A stretch of 64,000 bases of DNA, from the NCBI GenBank assembly GCA_963760795.1, contig CAVXEP010000004.1:1-64000 (forward strand). The letters are read 5' to 3'. The notes beneath the pieces are model-generated. The model ran no database searches. It saw nothing but the letters and a program-made list of their open reading frames with translations, and had not been told where the DNA came from. Each line of letters begins with the position of its first letter. Within the stretch, counting starts at the first letter, position 1. Positions 20,774 through 30,863 of this stretch are shown piece after piece. The DNA comes from an uncultured delta proteobacterium (GTDB lineage Bacteria > Desulfobacterota > Binatia > UBA9968). The translations under genes and the position numbers were made by a program.

Positions 20774-21772
20774 ATGAAACATTTAATCGCCATTACGGCG
20801 CTGCTCGCGGCGGTGATCATGCCACCGCAAGCCCTCGCCCAAGAGCTGACCAAAGTCCCCTTCCCCTACGGCCCACTGGGCCTCAACAGCCTGCCCTTCA
20901 TCATCGCCAAGGACGCTCGGTTGTTCGAAAAACATGGCCTTGCCGTCGATATGGTTTACGTCGGCGCATCGGCAGTGATGGTGCAGTCAATGTTGTCGGG
21001 CTCGGCGCACTTGGCAGCCTTCGGCGGACCGGCGGTCATCACCAATGTCTTGAGCGGTGGCGACATCATCCAGATCGCCGCGCTGTTGCCCTACTTCACC
21101 CAGTCCGTCATGGTGCGCGCCGATATTCGCGACTTGCGCTCCCTGCAAGGCAAGAAGATCGGCATCACCCGGTTCGGTTCGGTCACCGACTTCGCGCTCA
21201 GAACTCTAGTGGAGCGAAATAATTTGAAAGACGTAAGCACGCTGCAGATGGGCGGCTTCCCGGAAGCGGTTGCCGCGCTCATCCGCGGCGCCATCGACGG
21301 CGCGGTGCTCTCGCCGCCGCACACCTTCCGTTTGCTCAAAGAGGGTTATCGCGAACTGGTGTCGCCAAAAGATTTGCGCGCTTTGGGCAGCGGATTCATA
21401 TCCCAGGGCATCGTCGCCAGACGATCCTACGCCGTAACGCACCGAGATTTGGTTGTGCGCCTGATCAAAGCCACCGTGGAAGCAACGAAGTTCGCCAGCG
21501 CCAATGAAGACTTCACCAAACGGCTGATCGGCAAATATCTCGGCATCACCGATGCGGAAGTATTGCGCCAAAGCTACAGTTACGTGACCGAGAATTTTGC
21601 CAAAGACCCATCGGTGCCGGAGAACGTCGTGCAATCGATGGTCCAACGCATGGCCCAATTGAACATGATCGATGCGAAAGCCGCGCAGTCCACGCCCACC
21701 AGCGCCTACTACGACAACTCTTTCGTCAACGAGCTCAAGCAATCCGGTTTCCTCGACAGCGTTTGGAAATAG
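20774..21772 (+). CDS. NMT1/THI5-like SBP
   Basis: Signal peptide, GKKIGITRFGSVT, YYDNSFVNELKQSGFL. Confidence 0.85.
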   Translation: MKHLIAITALLAAVIMPPQALAQELTKVPFPYGPLGLNSLPFIIAKDARLFEKHGLAVDMVYVGASAVMVQSMLSGSAHLAAFGGPAVITNVLSGGDIIQIAALLPYFTQSVMVRADIRDLRSLQGKKIGITRFGSVTDFALRTLVERNNLKDVSTLQMGGFPEAVAALIRGAIDGAVLSPPHTFRLLKEGYRELVSPKDLRALGSGFISQGIVARRSYAVTHRDLVVRLIKATVEATKFASANEDFTKRLIGKYLGITDAEVLRQSYSYVTENFAKDPSVPENVVQSMVQRMAQLNMIDAKAAQSTPTSAYYDNSFVNELKQSGFLDSVWK

Positions 21773-21864
21773 CGCGTAACAAACGAAGTTTTTCTCGTCG
21801 CTTCCCTTGACGCCCAACCGCGCTTTCTACTAGTTAAGAAGAGTGCATTCTGGAGACCGCTTCC

Positions 21865-21957
21865 GTCATTCCGGCGGAGGCCGGAATCCAGACTCCTTAG
21901 GCGCTGGCGAAAGTACCCATGAAACAAAGACTGGATGCCGGCCTGCGCCGGCATGAC
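21865..21957. repeat. GTCATTCC..GGAATCCAG palindromic doublet
   Basis: gtcattccggcggaggccggaatccag ... ctggatgccggcctgcgccggcatgac. Confidence 0.85.
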
Positions 21958-21994
21958 CGATCATAAATTCACCAGCAGGCGAGGAATTCAACCA

Positions 21995-23008
21995 TTGCGT
22001 CACTCAATTTCGAGCTTACTTCTAATTGTCGCCTTCCTCGGGACGATTCAACCCGCCGGCGCCCAGGAACGGCTGCGCGTCGGCCTGAGCTCGGTGAGCG
22101 CCACCCAGGGCGCCATGTGGGTCGCCGAAGAGCGCGGCTTGTTCAAAAAATACGGCATCGATCCCGAAGTGATCGTCATCGGCGGCGGCGCTTCCCGCGT
22201 TGTCAGCTCGCTGCTCGCCGGTGAAATTCAATTTTCCGTCGGCGGCGGCGATGCGGTGATTCGCGCCGCCTTAAAAGGCGGCGACACCGTGCTGGTCGTC
22301 TCGCCGCTAAAAACCGGCTTGCAGCGCTTGATGGTCCGCTCGGAGATCCGAACCCAGGCTGACTTGAAAGGCAAGAAGATCGGCGTCACCCGCTTCGGCT
22401 CGGCGTCGCACTGGGTGCTGCAAATGTTTCTGCGCAAATGGAACATGCGCAACGACGATGTTCAAATTCTCCAGTTAGGCTCGTCGCCGGCCAATCTCGC
22501 CAGTCTGGACAATCGCGCCATCGACGGCGCGGTGCTGACCCTGCCGACGTTTTTTGTCGCCGAAGAACGCGGCTACCGCCTGCTCGCCGATCCCGCCGAC
22601 CTGGATATCGTCTATTTGCAAAACTCCATCGACACCACGCGCAGTTATTTGAAGCGCAACCGCGATCAGGCGCTGCGCTTCGTCAAAGGCTACTGCGAAG
22701 GGATGGCCTTTTTTAGAAAGAACAAACGCGAGAGCGTCGCGATCATGCAAAAAAAGCTGCGCATCCAATCGGCCCAGGAAAAGGACGTCAAGTACTTGGA
22801 GAAGTCATATGACCTACTGGCGAGCAAGTTCTACAACCAAATCCCTTACGCGACGCCGAAAGCCGTCGACGCGACCCTCGACTTCGTCGCCATCGACGAA
22901 CCCAAAGCCAAAGGCGCCGACGCCAAGTTCTTTCTCGATGAGAGTCTCGTCCGTGAGCTCGAAACCGGCGGCTTTTTCAAAAATCTATATGAGAACGAAT
23001 ACCGGTAA
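21995..23008 (+). CDS. NMT1/THI5-like SBP, paralog of 17893-18909
   Basis: Shares the KLRIQS.QE.DV.YLE.SY segment; probable TTG start after GAGG. Confidence 0.8.
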   Translation: MRHSISSLLLIVAFLGTIQPAGAQERLRVGLSSVSATQGAMWVAEERGLFKKYGIDPEVIVIGGGASRVVSSLLAGEIQFSVGGGDAVIRAALKGGDTVLVVSPLKTGLQRLMVRSEIRTQADLKGKKIGVTRFGSASHWVLQMFLRKWNMRNDDVQILQLGSSPANLASLDNRAIDGAVLTLPTFFVAEERGYRLLADPADLDIVYLQNSIDTTRSYLKRNRDQALRFVKGYCEGMAFFRKNKRESVAIMQKKLRIQSAQEKDVKYLEKSYDLLASKFYNQIPYATPKAVDATLDFVAIDEPKAKGADAKFFLDESLVRELETGGFFKNLYENEYR

Positions 23009-23015
23009 GAACAAC

Positions 23016-23098
23016 GGAGTAGTGGAGTGTTGGAATAATGGAGTGATGGGCCCCGTCCCCACCCAATACTCCAGTACTCCAATACTCCATTACTCCAA
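23016..23098. repeat. Octamer inverted repeat element (GGAGTRNT)n ... (CCANTACT)n
   Basis: ggagtagtggagtgttggaataatggagtgatggg ... cccaatactccagtactccaatactccattactcca. Confidence 0.85.
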
Positions 23099-23117
23099 TT
23101 CCCCATAAGGAGACCGA

Positions 23118-23993
23118 ATGTCTGACTACAAAGAAATCATTTACGAGAAGAAACGCGGCGGCGTGCTGATTACATTGAATCGGCCCGAAGCGCTCAACGC
23201 CATTACCCGGCCGATGCTCAAAGAGTTTCACGACGCCTTGGACCAAGCCGAGGCCGATCCGGAGATCCGCGCCGTCGTTATCACCGGCGCCGGACGCGCC
23301 TTTAGTTCCGGTTTCGATCAGGCGCCCGGCAGCGGCCGGCGCCGCGATATCGAATGGCCCTACGGTATTCAGACCGGCATGAGCGCCGCCGATCTGATGA
23401 ACTACTGGTCCCACGACGACGTGAACCTGGTGCGCATTTTCGAGATGACCAAACCGGTGATCGGCGCGGTGCGCGGCTGGGCCATGGGCGGCGGCTGTTG
23501 GCTGGCCCTCTACACCCACATCACCATCGCCGCCGAAGACGCGGTCTTCGCCCAGCCCGAAGTGCGTCACGGCTCGAACACGACGTTCATGTGGACGCTG
23601 CTCGCCGGTTTCAAGAACGCCCTGCGCTACGGCCTGGTCGGCGACCATGTTGACGCCAAGGAAGCGCTGCGCATCGGCCTGGTCAACAAAGTCGTGCCGG
23701 TGGATGACTTGTTAGAAGAATGTTTCGCCATCGTCGAGCGCATCGCCCGCGTGCCGCCGGAAACGGTGAAGATCAATCTCGCCATCTCGACCATGGGTTT
23801 GCAGATGATGGGCCTGCGCGACGCCCTGCACATGGACGAAACCCTATCGATCCCGGCGCACATGATGCTCAACGAAGAGTTCCGCCGCCCGCTCGACGAA
23901 ACCCGCGCCAAGGAGGGCACCAAAGCTTATCTGCAAAAACGCGACGGCCCGTTTCAGCCCGAGCCGTTCGGTCCGAGGGCGAGGAAAAAGTGA
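23118..23993 (+). CDS. Enoyl-CoA hydratase/isomerase (crotonase) family protein 1
   Basis: ITLNRPEALNA, TGAGRAFSSGFD, KPVIGAV.G, A.EALRIGLVN. Confidence 0.9.
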   Translation: MSDYKEIIYEKKRGGVLITLNRPEALNAITRPMLKEFHDALDQAEADPEIRAVVITGAGRAFSSGFDQAPGSGRRRDIEWPYGIQTGMSAADLMNYWSHDDVNLVRIFEMTKPVIGAVRGWAMGGGCWLALYTHITIAAEDAVFAQPEVRHGSNTTFMWTLLAGFKNALRYGLVGDHVDAKEALRIGLVNKVVPVDDLLEECFAIVERIARVPPETVKINLAISTMGLQMMGLRDALHMDETLSIPAHMMLNEEFRRPLDETRAKEGTKAYLQKRDGPFQPEPFGPRARKK

Positions 23994-24050
23994 CAGTTGC
24001 CAGTGGTCAGCGATCAGTGGTCAGAGATCGGCAGAGTAAGACGGACAGCA

Positions 24051-25040
24051 GTGATTAAAAAAATCATTCTCATTACTCTATGCTCCCTGCTCCTTGCTCC
24101 TCGCTCTGGCGTCGTTGCGCAGCAGCCAGGGAAAATCTTCCGCATCGGTGTCCTGGATACAAGCACTGCGTCCAGCAGCTCGGTTAATTGGGACCAGTTT
24201 CGCCAAGAGTTGAACAGGCTCGGCTGGATCGAGGGGAAGAATTTCGCCATCGAGCATCGCTTTGCCGAGGGGAAAAATGAGCGCCTGGCCGAGTTAGCAG
24301 CGGACTTGGTTCGTCTTAAGGTGGATCTCATTGCGGTCTCGGAAACAACCCCAGCGTTAGCGGCCAAGAGCGCCACCACGACCATTCCCATCGTTTTCAC
24401 GAACGCTGGGGATCCCGTAGCTGCCGGTTTGGTTGCCAGTCTGGCTCGGCCGGGCGGCAATATCACGGGCTTGGCGAGTTTATCGACACAACTAAACACG
24501 AAAAGGTTAGAGGTCCTAAAGGACGCAGTGCCAAAGCTCGCTCACGTTGGTCTCCTAGTGCCGGAGGGACGCCCTGGTGGAACGGTCCTTCAATTGAAAG
24601 AGCTCAGACCTGCGGCCCTGGCACTGAAGCTAAAACTGGAGGAGATCGAGACTCAATTCGACGCCCACGGTTTAGAGAGCGCCTTTAAAACCGCAAAGCA
24701 GAAACGAGTAAACGCTATCATGACGACCGTCAATCGCAGTTTTCTCGTCGAAAGAAAGCGGATCGCCAACCTTGCAGTCAAGTTCCGCTTGCCGGCAATT
24801 TACGCTCAGAAGGAATTTGTCGATGAGGGCGGTCTAATGTCCTATGGCGCGGACTACAACGATCTGTTCCGCAAGGCCGCCCAATACGTCGACAAGATTC
24901 TCAAGGGAACCAAACCCGCCGATCTGCCGGTACAGCAGGCGACCAAGTTTGAATTTGTCATCAACCTTAAGGCAGCGAAACAAATTGGCCTGACGATGCC
25001 GCTCAGATTGCTGGAGCGGGCGAATCAGGTCATCAAGTGA
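24051..25040 (+). CDS. ABC_sub_bind SBP, array A copy 1
   Basis: Intact ORF with family motifs; probable GTG start. Confidence 0.9.
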   Translation: MIKKIILITLCSLLLAPRSGVVAQQPGKIFRIGVLDTSTASSSSVNWDQFRQELNRLGWIEGKNFAIEHRFAEGKNERLAELAADLVRLKVDLIAVSETTPALAAKSATTTIPIVFTNAGDPVAAGLVASLARPGGNITGLASLSTQLNTKRLEVLKDAVPKLAHVGLLVPEGRPGGTVLQLKELRPAALALKLKLEEIETQFDAHGLESAFKTAKQKRVNAIMTTVNRSFLVERKRIANLAVKFRLPAIYAQKEFVDEGGLMSYGADYNDLFRKAAQYVDKILKGTKPADLPVQQATKFEFVINLKAAKQIGLTMPLRLLERANQVIK

Positions 25041-25095
25041 GAAGGTGCGAGTGTCAAGTGTCGAGAGGTGAGTGGATCGAGGCAGAGAAAAAGAG

Positions 25096-26093
25096 ATGAA
25101 GAGAAAAATCACCGTCCTTACGCTTAGCGCCATGCTCTTTGCGCTTTGCGGTTCCGCCGACGCGCAGCAGGCGGGGAAAATCCTCCGTATCGGTTTCCTA
25201 GATGTAAGCACTGCTGCCGGTAGCGCGGTCCTCGTGGACGCGTTCCGGCAAGAGCTGAGCAAGCTTGGATGGATTGAGGGAAAGGATATTACCATCGAGT
25301 ACCGATTTGCCGAGATCAAAAGTCTGAGCGCCTGCCTGAGCTTGCGGCGGACTTGGTTCGTCTTAAGGTCGATCTGATCGTGACTTCATCGGGACGGGAG
25401 CGGCGTGGCGGCGAAGAAAGCAACCACTACCATTCCCATCGTGATGGCGAACGCTGGGGACCCCGTGGGTGAAGGTCTGGTTGCCAGTCTGGCGCGGCCC
25501 GGAGGCAATGTGACCGGGTTATCGAGTTTGACATTTGAATTAGCCACAAAAAGGCTAGAGATACTCAAGGACGCAATCCCCAAGCTCGCCCGAGTTGGAC
25601 TTCTTCGGCTGCCGGGAGGCGGCGGCATATCAGCCGACCTCCAAATGAAAGAGCTCAGGCCTGCGGCTGTGGCACTGAAGCTAAAATTGGAGGAGATCGA
25701 AACTCAACCCGACGCCAAAGGTTTAGAGAGCGCCTTTCAAATCGCAAAGCAGAAACAGGTGGGCGCGATCATGACGACCGGCCACTCGCCGCTTTTTCGC
25801 CGAAAGAAAGCGGATCGTCGAGCTTGCTGGCAAACATCGGTTGCCGGCTATCTTACTTTTCGAAAGAGTTTGTCGATGAGGGCGGCCTCATGTCCTACGG
25901 GGCGGACTTCGAGGATCTGTTCCGTAAGGCCGCCCACTACGTCGACAAGATCCTCAAAGGAACGAAACCGGCCGACCTGCCCGTACAGCAGGCGACCAAG
26001 TTTGAATTCGTGATAAACCTCAAGGCGGCGAAACAAATTGGCGTGACAATTCCACCTGACCTGCTGGCGCGGGCAAATCAGGTGATCAAGTGA
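25096..26093 (+). pseudogene. ABC_sub_bind SBP, array A copy 2 (several frameshifts)
   Basis: ORF fragments 25072-25377, 25405-26013 and 25824-26093 are collinear with copy 1; may be sequencing error. Confidence 0.75.
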
Positions 26094-26149
26094 GAAGGTG
26101 CGAGTGTCAAGTGTCGAGGGGCGAGTGGATCGAGGCAGAGTAGAAAGAC

Positions 26150-27144
26150 ATGAAGAGAAAAATCACCGTCCTTGCGCTTAGCGCCATGCTCTTCGCGCTT
26201 TGCGGTTCGGCTCGACGCGCAGCAGCCGGGGAAAATCTTCCGCGTCGGCTTCCTCGATCAAAGCACCGCTTCGGGCAGCGCGGTCCTCGTGAAGGGGTTC
26301 CTGCAAGAGCTGAGCAAGCTTGGATGGATTGAGGGGAAAAGTATCACCGTCGAGTACCGATTTGCCGAGCAAAAGCTTGAGCGTCTCCCTGAGCTTGCGG
26401 CGAACTTGGTTCGTCTTAAGGTTGATCTGATCGTGGTCACAGGGGACACCATCGGCGTTAGCGGCGAAGAACGCAGACTACTACCATCCCCATCGTGATG
26501 GCGGCCGCTGCGGACCCCGTGGGTGCAGGTTTGGTTGCCAGTCTGGCGCGGCCGGGAGGCAATGTCACCGGTTTCTCGAGTTTAGCGGTCGAGCTAAATA
26601 CCAAAAGGCTAGAGATACTCAAGGACGCAGTCCCTAAGCTCGTCCGAGTTGGACTTTTGCGGGTGTCGAGAGGCGGCATAGGACAAGACCTCCAAATGAA
26701 AGAGCTCAGACCTGCGGCTGTGGCACTGAAGCTAAAATTGGAGGAGATCGACACTCAACCCGACGCCAAAGGTTTAGAGAGCGCCTTTCAAACCGCAAAG
26801 CAGAAACAGGTGGGCGCGATTATGACGACCGCCAGTCGCCAATTTTTCGCCGAAAGAAAGCGGATCGTCGAGCTTGCCGAGCAAATACCGCTTGCCGGCT
26901 ATTTACTTCCAGAAGGAGTTTGTCGATGAGGGCGGTCTCATGTCCTACGGGGTGGACTACGATGACCTGTACCGCAAGGCCGCCCACTACGTCGACAAGA
27001 TTCTCAAGGGAACGAAACCTGCCGACCTGCCGGTACAGCAGGCGACGAAGTTTGAATTTGTCATTAACCTCAAGGCGGCGAAACAGATTGGCCATGACGA
27101 TTCCACCCGACGTGCTGGCGCGGGCGAATCGGGTGATCAAGTGA
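26150..27144 (+). pseudogene. ABC_sub_bind SBP, array A copy 3 (several frameshifts)
   Basis: Fragments collinear with and near-identical in DNA to copy 2; junction 26091-26208 repeats 25038-25154. Confidence 0.75.
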
Positions 27145-27187
27145 TTTGGATTAGATATTGCGATTTTGGATTAGGAGATAAGAGTCA

Positions 27188-27279
27188 TGGAGTAATGGAG
27201 TACTGGAGTGATGGGTTCCGATCCTAATTCCGGACAGACTCCAACACTCCATCTCGCAACTCCAACATCGGTACTCCAA
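27188..27279. repeat. Octamer GGAGTAAT inverted element
   Basis: tggagtaatggagtactggagtgatggg ... actccaacactcca..actcca..gtactcca. Confidence 0.8.
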
Positions 27280-27294
27280 TTCAAGGAATTAGCT

Positions 27295-29463
27295 ATGACT
27301 TCACAATCTATCACTTGGCGCGACCTCTCCCCGCTCATCGCACCCAAATCCGTCGCCATCGTCGGCGCGTCGCAGCGTGGCGCCGACGCCAACCTGGCGC
27401 GCGAACCGCGCGGCAACCGGGTGATCCGCAACTTGAAAACTTTTGGCTTCGAGGGCCGCATCGTCACGGTCAATCCGAAATATACCGAAGTCATGGGCTA
27501 TCCCTGTTATCCCGATGTCGCATCGATTCCCGAGCCGGTGGATTGCCTGGTCTCGGCTGTTCCCAATCGCCATGTGCCCGACCTGTTGGAATCGGCGGCC
27601 AAAGCCGGCGTGCGCGCGGCGGTGGTTTTTGCCGCCGGCTTCGGCGAAATCGGCGGCGAAGGCAAAGCGCGTCAGGCGCGCTTGGAAGCGTTGTCGAAGG
27701 AGCAGGGCTTTCTGATCTGCGGGCCGAACTGCTACGGCGTGTTGAACGTCTACGGCAAAGCGCCGCTGTTCGCGTCGACAATTCCTGCCGGCTTTCTCGC
27801 CGGCCCGGTGGCGCTGATCTCGCAAAGCGGCGGTCTGAGCACGACGATCGCCAACGCGCTTATGCTCAACCGCCACGTCGGTCTCAGCCATATCATCTCC
27901 TGCGGCAATCAAGCGGGGGCGACGCTGGAAGAATACATCAATTATTTTGTCGAAGACGACAACACCCGGGTCATCGCGGTATTCGCCGAGGGTTTCAAAC
28001 AACCGGAAAAACTTCTGCCGGTGGCGCACAAAGCCGCCCAACGCAACAAGCCGCTAATTATTTTGAAAGGCGGCCGCTCCGACGTTTCCAAACGCGCCGC
28101 CGCGACTCACTCAGGCTCCCTCGCCGGCGCGGCGGAAGTGGTCGACGCAGTCTTTCGCCAGGGCGGCATCGTATCGGTGCGCAGCATCAACGAGCTGATC
28201 GACAGCGTGAGCATTTTCTCCTGCGACGGCTTCGTCAAGAAATATCGCGGCGGCCGCGGCATCGGCGTGCTCAGCGGCTCGGGCGGCGAATGCACGCTGG
28301 TCTCCGACGCGGCATCGAATGCCGGCATAGAGGTTCCCGAGCTGACTGAAACGACCAAGGCGCAGCTGCAAGAGGCGGTTGCCGACTTCGGCAACATGAA
28401 TAATCCGCTGGACGGCACCGGCGCCATGTTCGACGACGATAGGATTTTTCCAAGGCTGTTGCAGGGCTTGGTCGACGATAGCAATATCGACTTCGTCACC
28501 ATCAACCTTGAGGCCAACGATCCCAGGCCGAAGGAGCTGAAGAGCGGCACGCGCTTTTCCGCGATCATCGAGAAAGCCGCGGCGAACAGCGACAAACCGA
28601 TCGCCATCTTCAGCTCCGTGGTCGGCGGCCCGGTGGACCCTGACATTCTATTGCCTTTGCGTAACGCGGGAGTGCCGCTCATGGAAGGCGCCGAATGCAC
28701 CACCGCCACGCTGCGCAATCTCGCCGATTATTTTGAATTTCAAAAATCCCGGCAAGCGAGCACCGCGACACCGGTAGCCGCGGCAACTCACGGCAAACTT
28801 CCGGCGGGAATTCTCGGCGCCGAAGCGGCCTTTCGCCTCTTCGAAGAATTCAAAATCCCCGTGGTGCCGACGGTGCTCACTCGCAGCGCCGACGAAGCGG
28901 CGGCGGCAGCGGACAAAATGGGCTACCCCGTGGTCTTGAAAATCGAGTCGGCCCAGATCACCCACAAGAGCGATGTCGGCGGTGTCGCGCTAAAACTCAC
29001 CAGCGCCGCGGAAGTGCGCGACGCATTTTCACGCATCATGAATCAAGTGGCGGCAAAGGTTCCGCAAGCCAAGCTCGATGGCGTTGTGGTTCAGCGGATG
29101 GCAGCTGAAGGCGTCGAGATGATCCTCGGCATCAAACGCGATCCGTTATTCGGTCCAGTCGTTCTATGCGGCTTGGGCGGCGTTCTCGTCGAAGTGCTCC
29201 AGGATGTCGCCATCGGCATCCCGCCATTGTCGAGACAACAAGCAAAAGATATGATCCAGCGGTTGCGCGGCGCCGCGATTCTCGGCGGCGTGCGCGGCAA
29301 ACCGCCCGCTGATGTTGACGCGCTGTGCGACGCCATCGTCGGCTTGGCGAATCTAGCGGTCAGTCTCGGCGATCAGTTGAATGGCGTAGACATCAATCCG
29401 TTGATCGTGTTAGCCAAAGGCCAAGGCGTGATCGCCGTCGACGCGCTGGTGGAGATTCAATGA
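27295..29463 (+). CDS. Acetate/acyl-CoA ligase (ADP-forming) family, fused CoA-binding and ATP-grasp domains
   Basis: PKSVAIVGAS, GPNCYG, SQSGG, AATHSGSLAG (phospho-His), NPLD, HKSDVGGV, DINPL. Confidence 0.9.
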   Translation: MTSQSITWRDLSPLIAPKSVAIVGASQRGADANLAREPRGNRVIRNLKTFGFEGRIVTVNPKYTEVMGYPCYPDVASIPEPVDCLVSAVPNRHVPDLLESAAKAGVRAAVVFAAGFGEIGGEGKARQARLEALSKEQGFLICGPNCYGVLNVYGKAPLFASTIPAGFLAGPVALISQSGGLSTTIANALMLNRHVGLSHIISCGNQAGATLEEYINYFVEDDNTRVIAVFAEGFKQPEKLLPVAHKAAQRNKPLIILKGGRSDVSKRAAATHSGSLAGAAEVVDAVFRQGGIVSVRSINELIDSVSIFSCDGFVKKYRGGRGIGVLSGSGGECTLVSDAASNAGIEVPELTETTKAQLQEAVADFGNMNNPLDGTGAMFDDDRIFPRLLQGLVDDSNIDFVTINLEANDPRPKELKSGTRFSAIIEKAAANSDKPIAIFSSVVGGPVDPDILLPLRNAGVPLMEGAECTTATLRNLADYFEFQKSRQASTATPVAAATHGKLPAGILGAEAAFRLFEEFKIPVVPTVLTRSADEAAAAADKMGYPVVLKIESAQITHKSDVGGVALKLTSAAEVRDAFSRIMNQVAAKVPQAKLDGVVVQRMAAEGVEMILGIKRDPLFGPVVLCGLGGVLVEVLQDVAIGIPPLSRQQAKDMIQRLRGAAILGGVRGKPPADVDALCDAIVGLANLAVSLGDQLNGVDINPLIVLAKGQGVIAVDALVEIQ

Positions 29464-29505
29464 GCATGCCTCCTACAATTTCGTATTTATCCCCTCTTCC
29501 GCTTA

Positions 29506-29735
29506 TCCCCCCCTTTGCAAAAGGGGGGCTAGGGGGGATTTTGAAAACTCGCACAGGAAAATCCCCCTCGATCCCCCTTTTTCAAAGGGGGAAGTGGAAT
29601 TCACCGTCACTGACAATCACCAAGCATCCGTCATTCCCGCGCAGGCGGGAACCCAGGTTTATTGCAGGCGAACCAAAGGCGAAGATGGATACCGGCCCCG
29701 GATCGAGTCCGGGGCAGGCTCTTCACCGGTATGAC
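29506..29735. repeat. CCCCCTTT..AAAGGGGG doublet followed by a GTCATTCCCGCG doublet with a nested insert
   Basis: ccccccctttgcaaaaggggggctaggggggattt ... aaatccccctcgatccccctttttcaaaggggg; gtcattcccgcgcaggcgggaacccag ... tggataccggc[cccggatcgagtccggggcaggc]tcttcaccggtatgac. Confidence 0.8.
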
Positions 29736-29761
29736 AGACGGGGATTCGGAGCGGAAGAGAA

Positions 29762-30750
29762 ATGAAACACATTGCTTCGCTGATCTTAATGGTCATTGGC
29801 GCGGTCGTCATCCGCCCCTGCCACTTGCCTGCCCAGTCCAAGCCACTCAAAGAACTCCGCGTTCCCTACGCCCTCGGCGGCTCCACCGGCTTTTTCTGGA
29901 TCGCGCACAAATCGGGGGCTTTTGAAAAATACGGCCTCAAAGTCCTGCCGATCTTCATGCGCGGCGGACGCGAGGCGGTGCAAGCGCTGATCTCGCGCGA
30001 CGTCTCCGTCATGCAGCAAGGAAGTTCCGGCGTCATCACGGCTTGGGCGCAGGGCGCTAAAGACTTGGTAGCCATCGGCGCCACCGGCAACAAGCTCGAT
30101 TACATCTTCGTCTCCACACCGGCGATCAAAAAACCTGCCGATTTGAAAGGCAAAAGGATCGCGATCAGCCAGCTCGGCGCCAGCACCGATTTCATCGCGC
30201 GCATCGCGCTACGCCAACTGGGACTTAGCGACAAAGAACGTGACGCTGGTCAGTCTCGGCGCTCAAGGCGAGCGTTGGGCCGCGCTCGCCGGCGGCCATG
30301 TCGATGCCTCGTTGTTTCAACCGCCGGTCACGCTGCGCGCTCGCAAATTGGGCATGCCGATTTGGATCGATTTTGCCAAAATCGATTATGAATACGTCAC
30401 CGCCGGACCGGTGACCACGCGCTCGTTTATCAAAGTCGGACCGTGAAACGGTGATGAACTTCATGCGCGGCTTGGCTGACGGTATGGAGTTTTACCGCGA
30501 TGATAGGAATAAAGAGACCGTGATCAAATACCTGGGCGAATTCTACCGCTCGACCAATACCGAAGAGCTGGAAGAAACCCGCCGCGTTTACAGCCAGGTT
30601 TCGTCCGGCTTGCCAGTCGTGACGATCAAAGCGATGGAAAACATGATCGCCAGCGACCGCGTGCTGTCGGCGGCGAATGTGAATCCAATGGACGTTCTCG
30701 ACCTGTCGTTTCTAAAACAGTTGGAGGAAGAGCGGAAAAATAAAAGATAG
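29762..30750 (+). CDS. NMT1/THI5-like SBP, frameshifts near 30238 and 30442
   Basis: Three collinear ORF pieces: IKKPADLKGKRIAIS / GHVDASL / VLDLSFLKQLEEE. Confidence 0.75.
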
Positions 30751-30841
30751 TTCCAATCGTTCCAAAAGTTCCAATGGTTCCAGTCGTTGGGTTTCGGAGT
30801 TAACCATTGGAACGATTGGAACCAAATCGAACATTTGGAAC
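30750..30841. repeat. Nonamer inverted element (GTTCCAANN)n ... (TTGGAACNN)n
   Basis: gttccaatcgttccaaaagttccaatggttccagtcgtt ... ttggaacgattggaacc..tttggaac. Confidence 0.8.
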
Positions 30842-30863
30842 ACAAACGACGAAGGAGTTTCGG

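Noticed and set aside
22846-23106. Small ORFs rich in MEYWSNG/HYSNTP
   Set aside because: Translation of the octamer repeat, not a gene; N-terminal ORF extensions at 27208, 30807 and 31767 were trimmed for the same reason
24051-27144. Diversity-generating retroelement explaining SBP variation
   Set aside because: No reverse transcriptase or template repeat in the window; differences are not visibly adenine-specific
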